DNA of 64,000 nt from Eledone cirrhosa (GCA_964016885.1 OZ024750.1:18910001-18974000), one strand, 5' to 3'; counted from the first letter of the stretch, positions 1 through 13,504 are shown. Numbers and translations are program-made. The notes: generated from the letters alone by a model not told the origin.

Positions 1-244
1 CACACAGACACCTACACACACACACATATATATATGTATATATATATATATATAGCATATAAAGTTATATCATTATAAAGATATTGTCGGTATATCATTC
101 CCTATTCAAATATAATTCCAAACATCGTCCATAAACCATTTACAATTTAATCAGAAATAGCAGACAACATATCTCAGTTGAAACAGTTAGGAATGGTACA
201 AATCTCGTGTGATATTACGAGATGTGACGTGGAGCCAATGGAGG

Positions 245-354
245 ATGTGGCAGTGGCAGCCACATGTCTGCGTCAGGGCCATGACGCAGCACCCACAACT
301 GTTCGTTTTAATCTTCCTTTTGGTTGTAGCTTTCATCTCTAGATATGGAAACAG
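245..354 (+). CDS. TXNDC11: TXNDC11 exon 1 (signal-anchor/TM segment)
   Basis: MWQWQPHVCVRAMTQHPQLFVLIFLLVVAFISRYGN; hydrophobic stretch resembles the vertebrate TXNDC11 N-terminal TM region. Phase-2 donor AG|GTTGGT joins exon 2 in frame. In-frame stop at 188-190; the start may be ATG245 or ATG281. Confidence 0.7.
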
Positions 355-518
355 GTTGGTATATTCTCCTTACAGCCATCCTTTCTCTAACTGGACCCAT
401 TAAACCGACGATCCTGTCTGTTTTGCTATACTATTTTGCCGTTTATTGCAGCGGGCGACCTGTCGGTCATGTTGTAATGATGCGATATCTCAGATTTTAC
501 GATGTATGTGTGTATATG

Positions 519-619
<101 letters not shown>

Positions 620-630
620 TATAATATATA

Positions 631-789
631 TAGGAACCAGTAAGACCCCGACAGCTGAGCTCAAGCCGTCGAAACGGCTTGAGCTCAGCTGTCGGGGTCT
701 TACTGGTTCCTATTACCCACTCTACTACCTCAAGTATTGAGTACTTTGGTGCGTTATGGTCCACCTGGTTCCTTACCACATTTCCTTCG

Positions 790-790
<1 letters not shown>
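631..790 (+). mobile_element. Fold-back element, family A copy 1 (putative Penelope-like pLTR relic with 3' half of a hammerhead)
   Basis: Perfect 39-bp arms 631-669/674-712 around a CGAA loop, then an 80-nt tail shared with the copies at 44792, 60293 and 63419; (TA)n on both sides. Confidence 0.65.
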
Positions 791-836
<46 letters not shown>

Positions 837-1306
837 TGAAACCATCTTTCAGTTTGGAAAAATTGCTTATATATATTATACATTCATGTATACATGTATG
901 TGTACGTATCAATAAATCTCTTTAATTATATTAGAATCTAACACATAGTTGTCTTAACTTTCTATTATAAGTCCATATACAACCTAGGATGGTGTATAGG
1001 AATATAAAATCGAGTCCAATACATGAGAATGAATTCATTTCATAGAACCCCCGAAAGTTGATCAGAGCAGAACAAGATTTGAATTCAAAACGTTTAGAAC
1101 CCTTATTTAAAAATGATGCGAACAATTTTGTCATAATGACCAATGATTCTGTTAATCCTTAAATAACAAACCCTTAAAAGTTGCAGTGTTAGTTGTTTAA
1201 AAAACAAGCAAACTGTGTTTACATACATACATGTAAGTTTCAACTAAACTACTCCCGGCTGATTCAATGCAACTGACAACTCACGTATGTTTCTGTCTGT
1301 AGAGCA

Positions 1307-1723
1307 CAGTGGTGGATAAAGATAGGGAGTTTGACTGGGCCGCCCACAATTTTTAAAGGTTCCCAAATAATTCTTTTTTATTACCATAGATAATATGCAA
1401 GGATCTCGATAGCATTTTCAGCTAGTGGCCCCCTCGCAAGCTTATTACGCTCTTGGTATAGAATAATTTACCAAAGAGGAACGGAAAAAGACCACATTTA
1501 AACATGGTACTCAACACATCATGTAGAGAAGGCACATGCTTTATATTATGAGACTAGAACTGTTTCATACGTTTGAAATCCCCAGAAAAACTTTGTATAT
1601 AAGTGATGGATTAAATGGTGTGCCAACTGGTATATAGTTAGGGCCCCAAATTAATGTTTTTGGTACCATAAATAATACACAAGAGCAGAGCCCCGATATT
1701 TTCAGCTGCTTAATCTGCCACTG
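1307..1723. mobile_element. hAT-like non-autonomous DNA transposon
   Basis: TIRs CAGTGGTGGAT/ATCTGCCACTG; imperfect 8-bp TSD gtagagca/gtggagga. Confidence 0.55.
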
Positions 1724-1859
1724 GTGGAGGATATATTCTATACTGCCCTTGTGGTTTCAAAGCGCAGACACACGTCAGGACATATCTTCATTAAATTGTA
1801 ACAATCTTTGTTATTTACGTTGTTAACAGTTAACAACACCCACTCTTGCAATAGACTTT

Positions 1860-2510
1860 ACCGGTGAACCACAGTCGCTTGATCTGCTAGAAATAACAGC
1901 CAAATTGCTCTCAAATCACACCCAGTCGTACAAAAACAAAGCTATATTGTTTCATATCGTTAAATTATAACAATCTTTTTGTTATGAACATTAATAATAC
2001 TCAACATCCACTGTTACAACACTAGGAACTGTAGTCGCTCAGCATGCTAGAAATAGCAGCTAAAATCTCACCGAAATCACACAGTCTTGAAAATTAGATA
2101 ATATATTCCTGGATTAAAAAAGAACGGAATGGTCATGAACAGAATGTTTTTGAGTATGTGGCTACGAGATCAGGGCTGACCTAAGATTAAACATCAATAC
2201 CACTATTAGTAGTCACTCGACTTGCTAGAAATAGCAGTCAAATCTCTTTCAAACCACATCCTACACTCTTAAAAAATATGAAAAGAAAGGCACTTTATGT
2301 AATGTCGTTTTGAACAAATAAGACGGGATGGTCACAACTGAAATGTCTTTCGTTTTAAGTCTACTAGACCAGGGCTGACTTGCGACTAAAAAACACCACA
2401 GACTACGTGTCCACTCGACCCGTTAGAAACATCAGCCAGATCGCCTCAGTCTTAGATATACTGCTTGACTAAAAGAAGGGATGGTCATGGTTGAAGCATC
2501 TTCATTGTTG
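1860..2510. repeat. About 4 degenerate tandem copies of a 170-190 bp dispersed repeat
   Basis: Recurrent ctcga..tgctagaaatagcagccaaat...ggatggtcatg...cagggctgac; related copies near 3130, 5010, 6400-6750 and 22580. Confidence 0.6.
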
Positions 2511-2589
2511 CCGACCTATAGTGATTATATTAAACGATGTTTAACAATGCTATACTGTGTTACAGAATATAGCTATACATTTTAAACCT

Positions 2590-2900
2590 CTACTTTATAT
2601 AGTCAGATGTAAAACACCATATCTGTATATATAGTTTATTATAGAATATATCTATAGAATTTAAGTATACAATGTATATATAGACAGATGTAAACACCTT
2701 GACTATATATAGTCTTCTATAGAATATATTAGTAGATTTTAAGACCTCACTATATTTATAGACAGATATAAACATCTTATCTGTATATAAAACATCTCTA
2801 GATTTTAAACCAGCACTATGTAATAAATAGACAGATGTAAACACCTTGTTTGTACATACGATATATATTGTAAATGTATTTGTAGATTCTAAACTAATAC
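2590..2900. repeat. Degenerate AT-rich minisatellite
   Basis: Repeated atagacagatgtaaacac(c/a)tt...tagattttaa units. Confidence 0.6.
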
Positions 2901-2935
2901 TGTATAGACATACGTGTAAATGCACTGTCTATTTA

Positions 2936-2969
<34 letters not shown>

Positions 2970-3682
2970 CTAACTTCATGGACATAAAAAGAGGGATCAG
3001 CTGGACTAATTTCAATCCCTGTGTTGGATTTTTCCTGCGACTGAAACCCTCGTTGGTTAAACACACTTGTCAGTTATTAATATTCAATAACATTGTCTGT
3101 GTTCTTTATTTTTAAGATATAAGGGTGTTGGGTGAGGTAGGAGATTTGGTTGCTATTTCTAGCAGGCTCACCGACCGCACTAGACACTCCCTTCTTGGTT
3201 CATTCAGAATATTTGATAGTTGTGGGGGCGTTTATGCTTTTTCCAAAGACACTAACACTGTATATGAACTGGTTTCACTCGTAAACAATTTTCAATCGTT
3301 AGATGTATACATGTTTGTAATCATGTATGTCTGTCTGCCTGCTTATCTGTATGTGCCAGTTCCCGGCCTTAAACGTATGCTTGGAGTAATTGTTCTTTAA
3401 TTATAAGCAAATATTCTACTAATTAGACCACCACCACCACGTCGTCCCAATTACTAATTGTAGACTCTATATGATATGTACAGATGTTTCGTATTTTATC
3501 GTTACAAATTAATTTTCAAATCAAACATCACACACACGTAAGACACGTACACACACACATATATATACTACAATAACATAGATATATAAGTTTACAGTGT
3601 ATATCATGTATATGTCTATATCGTATTTCATACACATTTCGTTTAGCATTTTAAGCACAAGTGTATTGTGTATTACTTTGAA

Positions 3683-3980
3683 GGCGCATTAGCTTAGTGG
3701 GCTTGCAATTGAAAGGTTGTGAGTTCGATTCTCGGACCGTGTGATGCGTCGTGTCCTTGAGCAAGACACTTTATTTCACGTTGCTCCAGTTTACCCAGCT
3801 GTAGAAATGAGTTGTGACTTCATTGGTGCCAAGCTGTATCGGTCATAACCTTTTCCTTGGACATCATTGGTGGCGTGGAGAGGGGAAGCTGGTCTCGCTC
3901 AAACAACCATGTCCGGACATGTGCCTCGGAGGGAAACTTTCTAGGTGCAAATCACATGGTCATTCGTGACCGACGGGGGT
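3683..3980 (+). mobile_element. tRNA-derived CORE-like SINE (alternative 3' half)
   Basis: A-box tagcttagtgg, B-box gagttcgattc, ccttgagcaagacacttt; sister copy at about 58965-59270. Confidence 0.7.
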
Positions 3981-4022
3981 GTTCGACTGGCCATTGAAAC
4001 AATTATTTATAATCATTATATA

Positions 4023-4277
4023 AATCCCACCGAGGTTAACTTTGCCTTTCATCCTCACGGGGTCGATGAAATAAAGTACCAGTAATGCACTGGATAATTG
4101 CTGGCCTTGTGCCAAAAGTAGAAACAATTATATAAATATTTATTTTGAAAGAAAAAAGTGGAAGAAGTTTCCCTTCTAATAATTGTTTCTACTTTTGGCA
4201 CAAGGCCAGCAATTACCCAGTGCATTGCTGGTACTTTATTTTATCGACCCCGTAAGGATGAAAGGCAAAGTTAACCT
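4023..4277. mobile_element. Two 5'-truncated Nin/Deu-domain-like SINEs in inverted, tail-to-tail orientation
   Basis: ttaactttgcctttcatcct..ggggtcgat..aaataaagtaccag on + (4023-4130) and - (4184-4276); TSD tcccttctaataat at 4170-4183 and 4277-4290. Confidence 0.8.
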
Positions 4278-4579
4278 CCCTTCTAATAATGTTTGAAGCA
4301 AATAAAATCCGTAGGCTTGTCGTGAGTGATAGCAAGGCTAAGAGGCGCTGGAATAACCAAGCACCCTCACAGGTTTCAGGATGTCACTTAAAAAAATAAA
4401 TGGAAGGGTGGGGAGAAAGATATGCGCAATTCCTCAATTACACAGAACAACAGGTGATGTTGATGTTTTGGTTCCCATTTGATATAATTGTAAGAGATAA
4501 AGTTATATACGCTTTAATAAATATGTATTACACTTAGATGTTGCATTGTTGGACTTTCGTCGTTTTCGACGACCAGTGC

Positions 4580-4825
4580 TCCGGTTGACTCAATAGAACT
4601 GCCTGCTTGTGAAAATAACATGTAGGTGGCCGAGCATTCCACAGACACGTGCACCCTTAACGTAGTTCTCAGGAGGATTCAGCGTGACATAATGTGTGAC
4701 AAAGCTGGTCCTTTGAAGTACAGGTACAACTGATTTTTGCCAGCTGTCTTGCTCAAAGACACAAAGTGCTGCTCGGAATCAAACCCACGACTTTACGGTC
4801 GGGAGCCAAACACACAAACCACTAA
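4580..4825 (-). mobile_element. tRNA-derived SINE (third family)
   Basis: Minus-strand ttagtggtt...gggtttgattcc head; a related + strand copy lies at about 29900-30130. Confidence 0.55.
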
Positions 4826-5539
4826 ATGTTTTCATAAATTCATATATACATAGTTACACACACAGTTGACATATTCATATACACATAGATGGATTTACGT
4901 ACATACATACGCATGATTTAACTCAAATACATCGTATATACATCATTTATTTTCATTCTGAAACATTCTCTTAGAACATCGATTTCTCTGAATCAAAGAA
5001 ATCTTTATGTGGTCACTCGACCTGTTAGAAATAGCAACCAAGTTTCATCAAATCGCACCCACTGTCTTAAAGATGTACTCATTCAATAATAATTTAGTCT
5101 TAGATATACAAAAGTATGGGCTGATCATGAATCTGAATATCTTAAATTATTATATATAGATGTGTTGAATTACAGCTGACCCGGGGTTAAAACAATAAAC
5201 ATTGATTTCTTCCAATCAGCTGTATCTGGAATCGATCCAAAATCAAATACAATGTGCATGTATTGAAACATTTTGTACATATAAACGTGATTTAGATAAT
5301 GGTTTACCGAAGAAACAAATCAATACAAATTAACCAGAGGAAAGAAAAGAAAGGAGAGAAGATATACACAGTACAACAGCAAATATTAGTGTTTCTTTCT
5401 AAAAAAAGAAACTATTGAGGCAATCCAAGACTTTCACAGCATTGCCACATGTGGCAGTGGGCCTCTTAATTACACACCACAACAGGGAATGTTGGTGTTG
5501 TCTTCTAAAACATTTTAAGACAAGCCAAGATACGCTCGG

Positions 5540-5765
5540 CATTACTGTAGGTGATGGTGAGGCTAAGATGCTGGAATAGCCAAACACTTTCACCAGCATC
5601 ACCTGCCACTTAAGTAAGACCGGGTGATAGCGTGGCTAAGGTGTTGGAATAACGAAATAGCCCCCCCCCCCCACACACACAAGGAGCATCATCTGATACT
5701 TCAATAAAGCTGGGTGATGTCGAGGCTAAGACACTCGAATAGCCAAGCACCCTCGCCACCAGTAA
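5540..5765. repeat. Short tandem repeat (3 units)
   Basis: ggtgat..gaggctaag.tgctggaata.ccaagcaccctc repeated; another copy at 4320-4400. Confidence 0.6.
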
Positions 5766-7157
5766 GACAAACTGCGAATAATGATAAAAATCTTGCTGTC
5801 AGCAGCTCAGCTCCCCCGAACATCTCGAATATGTAATTAAAAAAAATATATATTTAATGGAATTTCACAGATTAAAAAAAACAACTTTTTTATTGTCGCT
5901 GTCTTAATATTAATAATACACCACCCATCATCATCATCATCATATATTTGTTTAACCTTTATATGGACTCAATATGGCTGAGTAAAGAAGTTCTCTCTGT
6001 AGTCACATATCACTTGAACCCACTGCATGGCATGTTCAGCAGGTGTCTTTTACCATAGACTGTTGGTAGACGGAAACTGTGTGGAAGCCCATCGGATGGT
6101 TTGCACTTGTAAGGTCCGAACCTTATCATTTGTGTCAAGCTGATTCTGTTTGGGAATTGCGAGTTAAAGCCACATGTATCTGTAGAATACTTATCCACTT
6201 ATACTACTATACAAGATGGATTGTACTCCTAATTCAAACGGCCAGTTTGGATTAAACTTTTGCCACGAAAATACCCCGGCCTACATACACTGTTTAAACC
6301 GTTAGAAATTCACTTGGCACGGCATACGATCTTATTCTGTGCTATGACCAAGGGCATGCCAATCGTGCCCCTTTCGTCTTATGTGCTTCTTTGTGTTGTT
6401 TAATCTTAGACCAACCTTAATCGAACAGACCTATGTTCAAAGTTGTTCCAGCCATAACCATCCTATCTATTTCTATATACATGACTGCGTTGCTCTCCAA
6501 TTTATTAAACACAGTATAGCGTGATTTGGGGGAGATTTGGCTGCTATATCTAGCATCTTAAACGGCTATGTATAGGCACATTCGTTATATATTTTTTTAG
6601 CATCTGGCTAGACCTAATCAAGTAAACTTATGATCAAAGACGTTCTAGCCGTGACTAATTCGCTATTTTGTCCATCGTGTCTTTTATTAAATACAATGTG
6701 TGATTTGAGGTAAATTTGGGTGCTATTTCTAGCATCTCGATCGGCCATGTAAAGGTCGTGTTTGTATATCTGTATATTTTGTGTTTGTATATCTGATATG
6801 TGTTTGTTGGTTATTGGTATGTTCACATCAGCTGACCACATGTCGTAACAACAACACTGTTTTTTTTTACTGCTTCCTTTCACCTCTTTGTGCGTGTTCA
6901 TTTAATTACTGCTGGGCTAAGTCCTATTTTAGCGTACTATTTTAAACGAAGTTTCAGCCCTTAACTCGTTTGTTACCATATTTCTAATGAAAAACACTGT
7001 CTATGATTTTCAACTATTTTGAAAATATTTAAGAATTTGGAACGATCCAGTGATATAACTTTCTCATTATTGAGCTGGTGTTTGAAACAAAGGTTCTTAC
7101 ATAAAATTCTGATGGAAAGTTTTAAAATAAATATGAACACTTTGATAATTTTGTTAC

Positions 7158-7189
<32 letters not shown>

Positions 7190-8986
7190 ACGTTTAACGT
7201 ACCATATTTCTAATAAAAGGCACTGCCTATGAGTTTCAAATAATTTTGAAAATAATCAAGAATTTGAAGGGATTTAGTAATATAACTTAACTTTCTTGAA
7301 ATTAAGTTGGTGTTTGGAGCATAACTTAATAAAGATTCTGATTTAAAATTGTGTTTGAAGATTTTTATATATATATAATAATAATCATCATCACTGTTTA
7401 ACATCTATTTTTCCCATGCTAGCATGAGTTAGATGGGCTATCATAGACCAAGTCGGTACTTAATCAGAGCTACTGACCTTCCAGATGGGCCAGGCAGCCC
7501 CATTTTGGGGGCGGGAGTTTCAAATAGTTTGGTATGAGAAGTGTTAAAGTTCTGAGTTCAAGTCCCAATGTAGTTGACTTTTATCCTTTCACCCGAGTTG
7601 ATTACATATAGAATCAGTCTAGTAATGGCATTGATTTACTCTACTGTCCTATATGAGCGAGACACAGTCACCCGACCCAATTTGCCTCTATATGGGACAA
7701 ACCCGTCTAACCCATGCTAGCGTGGAAGATAGAGGTTAATCGATGATGATGATGATGATCCCTCCTCTCAGATGTCTAGCTTTGGGCCTGTCTTACAAAT
7801 CAATAATATTATTTACTGTTCTTTATTTTCATTTTTATAAAACCTATGTGTGGATAAATCAAATTGTTAGAACATTGAATTAAATACCTCAGTAATTTTT
7901 CCAGTCCTCTGTGCTCTGAGTTCAAATCCTGCCAAGGTCAACTTTGCCTTTTATTCTTTCGGAGTCGATACTAGTCTAGAGTCGTTGGATTGGTAGTATT
8001 GTTAAAAGGCAGGTGGGATGCTTTGTCATGTTTGTTTCAGCTCTGTGTTCTGAGTTGAAATCCAACCACATATTACCAGGAGTGATGTTTCTACTTCTCA
8101 TGAAAAGTAATAGGCTTAAAAGACCAGTAGATAATATACCTCTTCCCCAGTAGGCTGGTCTCTCCTGAGAAGTATTGGCCTAAAACAGGGTTACCCAACC
8201 TGGGTGATATCACCCACTGGTGGCTGATTTCAACTGTTGGGTTGATGATGAGCAACAACAGAAAATGGTGGCCAATGAACATATGATACCCCCCAAAATA
8301 TTCAAAGGATATATCCAAAGAAGCTGTATACAAAAAATCAGGAGGCTAAATGGGAATAAATGGATCACATTCCTAGATAACATAAACATCCCCGCAAACA
8401 AGAAACATTTTGGTATTTTCTGTATGTTTGAGAGAGGCTGACATGTCCTCAAAAATATGACAGTCCTTTCTAATCTATGTTATCTCCATTAGATCATTAA
8501 CCACTTTACAGTGTACACTAGGTGTATTATGGCACCAGCACTAGAGAGTTTAGTTCTGTCTTTGAGAAGACTAAAGAAGCCTCTTAAATCTACATTATCT
8601 TTGTTTCTTTGTTAACCACTTTCCAGAGTGTACTGGGTGTATTTTATTGTGGCACTAGTTAAGTTGCTTTCTGTTGTGCAAGGCTAAATAGTGTTTCCAC
8701 TTGTCCAAGGCAACATGGCCGAGAGAGGGACGTGAACATAGAACAATATGATAAAGAGATTTTAACAAAAATATGTGTTTAGATGAGATAAACATATCAG
8801 GTTATTATATTTTGTTTGTGGTAGTAACTACTTACTATATTGGGGTCACAGGTTTTAAGTTCTAAATTATAAAACAAATCTCATAGCTGTCAAATAGAGA
8901 TGGCCACATTGATTGATTATGAAATGTTTTGTTTGATCATCTACACACATACATATACATTACATATATATATATATATATATATA

Positions 8987-9055
8987 CAGGGTGTCCCCCA
9001 AAAATGTACACATACTTCAACTGCAGTCTATTAAATATTGCCTGTACAAAACACC

Positions 9056-9058
<3 letters not shown>
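8987..9058. mobile_element. Tiny Tc1/mariner-type MITE
   Basis: TA|CAGGGTGT ... ACACCCTG|TA inside (TA)n. Confidence 0.55.
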
Positions 9059-9097
<39 letters not shown>

Positions 9098-10810
9098 GTG
9101 TAATACATGTCTATGCATACACACACACTCACATACACATGTACATACATACATTCATGTATATTTGCACAAACAACTGTGTGTATATATAAATAGATGT
9201 AAAAGATTATATCATCATCATCATCATTTTACACTTCTGTGGATGTTAAATAAATCTTTCAGCAGACAAACAGATTGATCACTAGCAATTTATCAATTTC
9301 TCATAGTTGACATTACACACAGACCTGATACCCATTAACAACAGCTGGTGGTTCTTCACTCTATTTATCAGTTAAAGCGATTAAATATTTATTTTATCAA
9401 TTTATAGATGTTACATACTATATTGAAGTATATTAAAGATAAATATTGCGAGAGATTGAAGCCTGCATAGAGTGGAGATGTCCCTTTTAGCCTGCAGTGG
9501 ATGGGACAACCCCTTTAGTGTTGGTGTCACAATGGAACATACTCATAGAGAGGTCACTTTGGTGTTATTAAAGGACTTTTTCAACTTCTCTAGTGTTTGT
9601 GCCATGATAAAATGCACCTGTAAAGTGGCTGGCTATTGGACAGAAGAAATATAGGGTAGAAAGGACTCTTCAGTTTTGCTGAGTATATGTCTCTTTATTG
9701 TTGGTGCCATGATAAAATGCAGCAGATGGTATACCTCTTCCCCATCAGGTTGGCCTCATATGAGTAGTAATTGGCCTAAAAACCAGTCGAGAATATACCT
9801 CAGTGAGCTGAACATTTCTCAAATACCAACTGAAATATGTTCACATCTGATCTGTCTTATTTTGAATCCTGATAATCTGTCTGACCTAAGTCAGCATGGA
9901 AAATGAACATAAAATGATCATGATTCCCATGCTAGCATGGGCTATCTCAGCTCACTTTTGCTTCTTCCTTCATGCACACTAGTATTACATGTCTAGCAGA
10001 TTGTACACATTTCGTTTTTTCCAGCTGTTGCAAACATTCTACATTCATGGCCTAAATGTCACATGTAGCATAACAGTTCAAACATAAACATCATCATACA
10101 ATCTGCTCTGAGAGAGAGAGAGGGGCTCTTTGTTGCTAACATTATATTGAAGTATACATCATTGTGTACAGCTTGGGTGTCATCTTGGAATATTGATTAA
10201 GAATGTCTTTCTTGTTTGGTAGGAAACAGGAGAGATTTGCTAAACCCTCTTGATACTGAAATGCTTGAAACTACCCCTGGCTTTAGCACACAAGACTTTA
10301 TTTTAAAGTCTTTTTATTAGTCTAAAAACCTATCATAATTTTATGTTTTTATGTGAGGACCTTTATGTTTCAATCACCAGCTTAATAATGAGACAGTAAT
10401 GTGTAATACTAAATCCTCCAACATTCTTGAATATTTTCATTAGAAATATAGTAATGAAGGGGTTAAGTTATTATTTAGATAGGTTGCGAATTAGTAGATA
10501 AAATATCTTACAGACTTCCAGCACTCAGTGCTCTGAGTTCCAATCATGCTGAAGTCAACTTGGCCTTTTTTTCCAGTCCAGAGCTGTGGATTAGCAGAAT
10601 TGTTAGTCTCAGATGAAATGCTTTGTAGTATATGTTCAAATTGGCTGTGTTCAGATCTGGAGAAGAGATATACTCCACCAGGTTTAAAGTGACATTACTA
10701 TGCCCATATGACTACAGGTCCATACAGACATTTTTATTAGAATTTTATTATTTCCTCTATCTTTTATTTATACCGTCATTAATATCTCTTTGAATTATTT
10801 CTTCCCTCAG

Positions 10811-11033
10811 TACATTCAGCACGAAGCCTGTTGTTCTGCCACCAATGCCACCAAGAAGGTTCTTCCCATTTGACTCACTGGTTGTAGAATTTCCATTTGG
10901 CTCTATCAGTTCCCTCCTGGAGTTAGTCAGAGATGATGAAATCATATTTGTCATGTACTATGCTCCATGGTGCACAAGGTCAATGTCTGTTAGGTGGGAA
11001 TTCCATAAAGCAGCGAGTTTCATGAAGGATCAG
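10811..11033 (+). CDS. TXNDC11: TXNDC11 exon 2 (Trx domain 1, YYAPWCTRS)
   Basis: cttccctcag acceptor, CAG|gtaagc donor; TFSTKPVVLPPMPPRRFF...YYAPWCTRS...FMKDQ resembles human FYAPWCGQS...SDQ. Confidence 0.93.
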
Positions 11034-11622
11034 GTAAGCTTTTGATACCATAAACCCCACTCCCCTCCCTATTTGTTCATGAATGACCATGGTTTTACAT
11101 CTGGTTTTATATGGCTGACTGGCTTTCTGAAGTTAGTGATGCAGATAAGTTGTTTGCACCACAAAACTCTAAAGCCTTGATCGCTCATTTTTTTGTGCCA
11201 AACCTATATACTACATAGTCATGATAGAAGTCATTACTGAGTTGTCACACATGTCCATTGAAATCATTAGCCATAATTATGATGTTTTTGTTATTTGGTA
11301 ATGAGGTAGTATACATAAGAGCTTCATAAAAGGGGTCCTTCAGTTCTTCTGACAGCCTGGCTTATGGTGTATATGAAGAGATGACTTTAATTCTTGTTAT
11401 ATCTAGGATTAGCCTAAGCTTAATGATTCTGTCGCTTGCCCTGACTACCTCAATTACCTGGTCTACACATTTCTCTGCTATCAGGATGCCCACTTCACTA
11501 CCTCATAATTGTTACCTAAGGAGAAACATTTATAGTGTTGTCTATTGCCTGTGTGGTGTCTTGCAGAAGTTCCTCTCCATATCTCTCTCTGCACATGTAT
11601 ATATATATATATATATATATAT

Positions 11623-11925
11623 ACGGGGTAACAAATTATTGTTATAGGTAGTCCACTTAAGTGTAGTCCAGTTATGGTACTCCAGTTATTGTTATTGTTC
11701 TGATTGAATGCTATTACTACTATATATAGTAGCCATGCCTGTATATTCTTTTCATTCTCACAAGCTCCGATGAATTGACTGGTTATAACTTTGTATTGGT
11801 GATCGAATAACGTGAAAACAAGTGGGTAGCGATCTCTAGACCTACCAGTTCAGAGAAACAATTGTCAGCAATGAGATTAAAAACCTTTTTTGTATAGCAA
11901 ACCGTGTCACTCTTCTTTCCTGATT
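11623..11925 (+). mobile_element. (TA)n-flanked pLTR-like relic with a hammerhead-like motif (11756-11876)
   Basis: gct-CCGATGA-long stem II (actggt/accagt)-GAAAC-aatt-GTC-agc; stem I extends via tctca/tgaga. Confidence 0.55.
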
Positions 11926-11932
11926 TATATAT

Positions 11933-12267
11933 ATCATCATCTCATTTTACGTCCACTTTTCCCTGCTTGCAAGGGTGGGACGGGAACTGATTCTGGCTTG
12001 ATTTCTACAGCTGGATGCCCTTCCTAACACCAACCTCATTTACAGTGAGTGCTGGGTGCTTTTTTGCCGTGGCACCTCCACGACCACTTTGCAGTGGAAT
12101 GATAGGGACCCCAGTCCCTATCATCTCATTTCTACAGCTGAGTAAACTGGAGCAATGTGAAATAAAGTGTCTTGCTCAAGGAAACAACACATCACCCGGT
12201 CTGAGAATTGAACTCACAACCTTTCGATTGCAAGGCCAATGCTCTAACCACTAAGCCATGTGCCTCC
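11933..12267 (-). mobile_element. Young full-length tRNA-derived CORE-like SINE with RTE-type 3' end
   Basis: Pol III A/B boxes, ccttgagcaagacacttt core, (ATG)n tail; near-identical to the copies at 15574, 27836 and 59294. Confidence 0.85.
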
Positions 12268-12293
12268 ATGTGTATATATATATATATATATAT

Positions 12294-12338
<45 letters not shown>

Positions 12339-12431
12339 CATATACACACACATGTGTTATCATCATTTAACATGTTTTCCCTGCTAATTTATCTATATCT
12401 ATATATATATTCTTCACATCACTATTTTCAG

Positions 12432-12552
12432 GTGAGGTTTGTGGCTGTGAATTGTTGGTGGAATGAAGGAGAATGTCATAGAAAATATAAATTCATCTCT
12501 CATCCTATGTTGTATGTCTACCACACCAACTTGGATGGCTTCCACTACACAG
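12432..12552 (+). CDS. TXNDC11: TXNDC11 exon 3
   Basis: ttttcag acceptor, gtatag donor; VRFVAVNCWWNEGECHRKYKF resembles human VLFVAINCWWNQGKCRKQ. Confidence 0.93.
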
Positions 12553-13504
12553 GTATAGTTATTTAATTATTTGTTTTCAGTTTTTCAATTATGATGTCTG
12601 AATAAGACTGGAACATCTCGAGCTGTCTCCCCTATTTATTGATAAAATATTGAACAAAATTAGTCATTGACTAATAGTTTTTTTTTCTCATCATCATCAT
12701 CATCACTGTTTAACATCCATTTTTCCATACTTGCATGAGTCAGATGGGTCATCCGTGTTGAGAGACGAGTCTGGCCAGGATTGGCTCTGCCGTACTTTGC
12801 TCTGACAGTACTGTAAATTTGGCCAGGGTTTTTAAAGCTGGATGCCCTTCCTATCACCAACCATATTTCGGGGCCACGACCACGTTTACAGTGCTGGTAA
12901 TGTATATGAAGTGTATCCCCACCTGGCCTGTCTGTGAGGTCAGTAGCTCTAGCTAAGTCCTGACCTAGTTGTGATCATCTCATTTAATTTGTATATCATA
13001 GTATATCACACACAGTCCATTTTATCTTCCATATATATAAAGAAAATATTGAGTTATTTAGAGGGAGTTTTGCTGTTATTTCTACACATTGTACTGACTA
13101 TGCAGATGTTTCTCTCTTTCCTTTGCTTTTATCTCCATGAAGTGTTTCAATGACAACCAGTTTAACCCTTGTTAGCAAGGAAAATGGATGTTAAATGAGG
13201 ATAATGATACAATTGTTACATTGATTAGCAATTAATGTTAGTTTATAATGTATGTATATGGTGTACGAGGGTCAGCTGAATTGTTCATAGGCTGACCAAA
13301 TTACTCTCCTGAAATGACCAAGGCACTTAATTTTCCCTTTTCTCCAGCAGCATTTGGGTGCTAGAGCTGCGACAGGTTGGTGTCCTGTCCAGCAAGTAGT
13401 TTTCATTGCATGAAGACAGGATAATCTCCAAGCTTCCTCCAGCCAAAGCAAGCATGCCAAAATGAACATAAAACAATAACTCTGTATAATGTTTCTAATT
13501 ACAG

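Noticed and set aside
12015-12254. Recurrent 79-aa ORF MPFLTPTSF... (4 copies)
   Set aside because: Antisense reading of a young SINE; the identity reflects recent copying.
13264-13335. Mariner-like terminus TACGAGGGTCAGCTGAA (related sequence at 53864)
   Set aside because: Only one recognisable end; too decayed to delimit.
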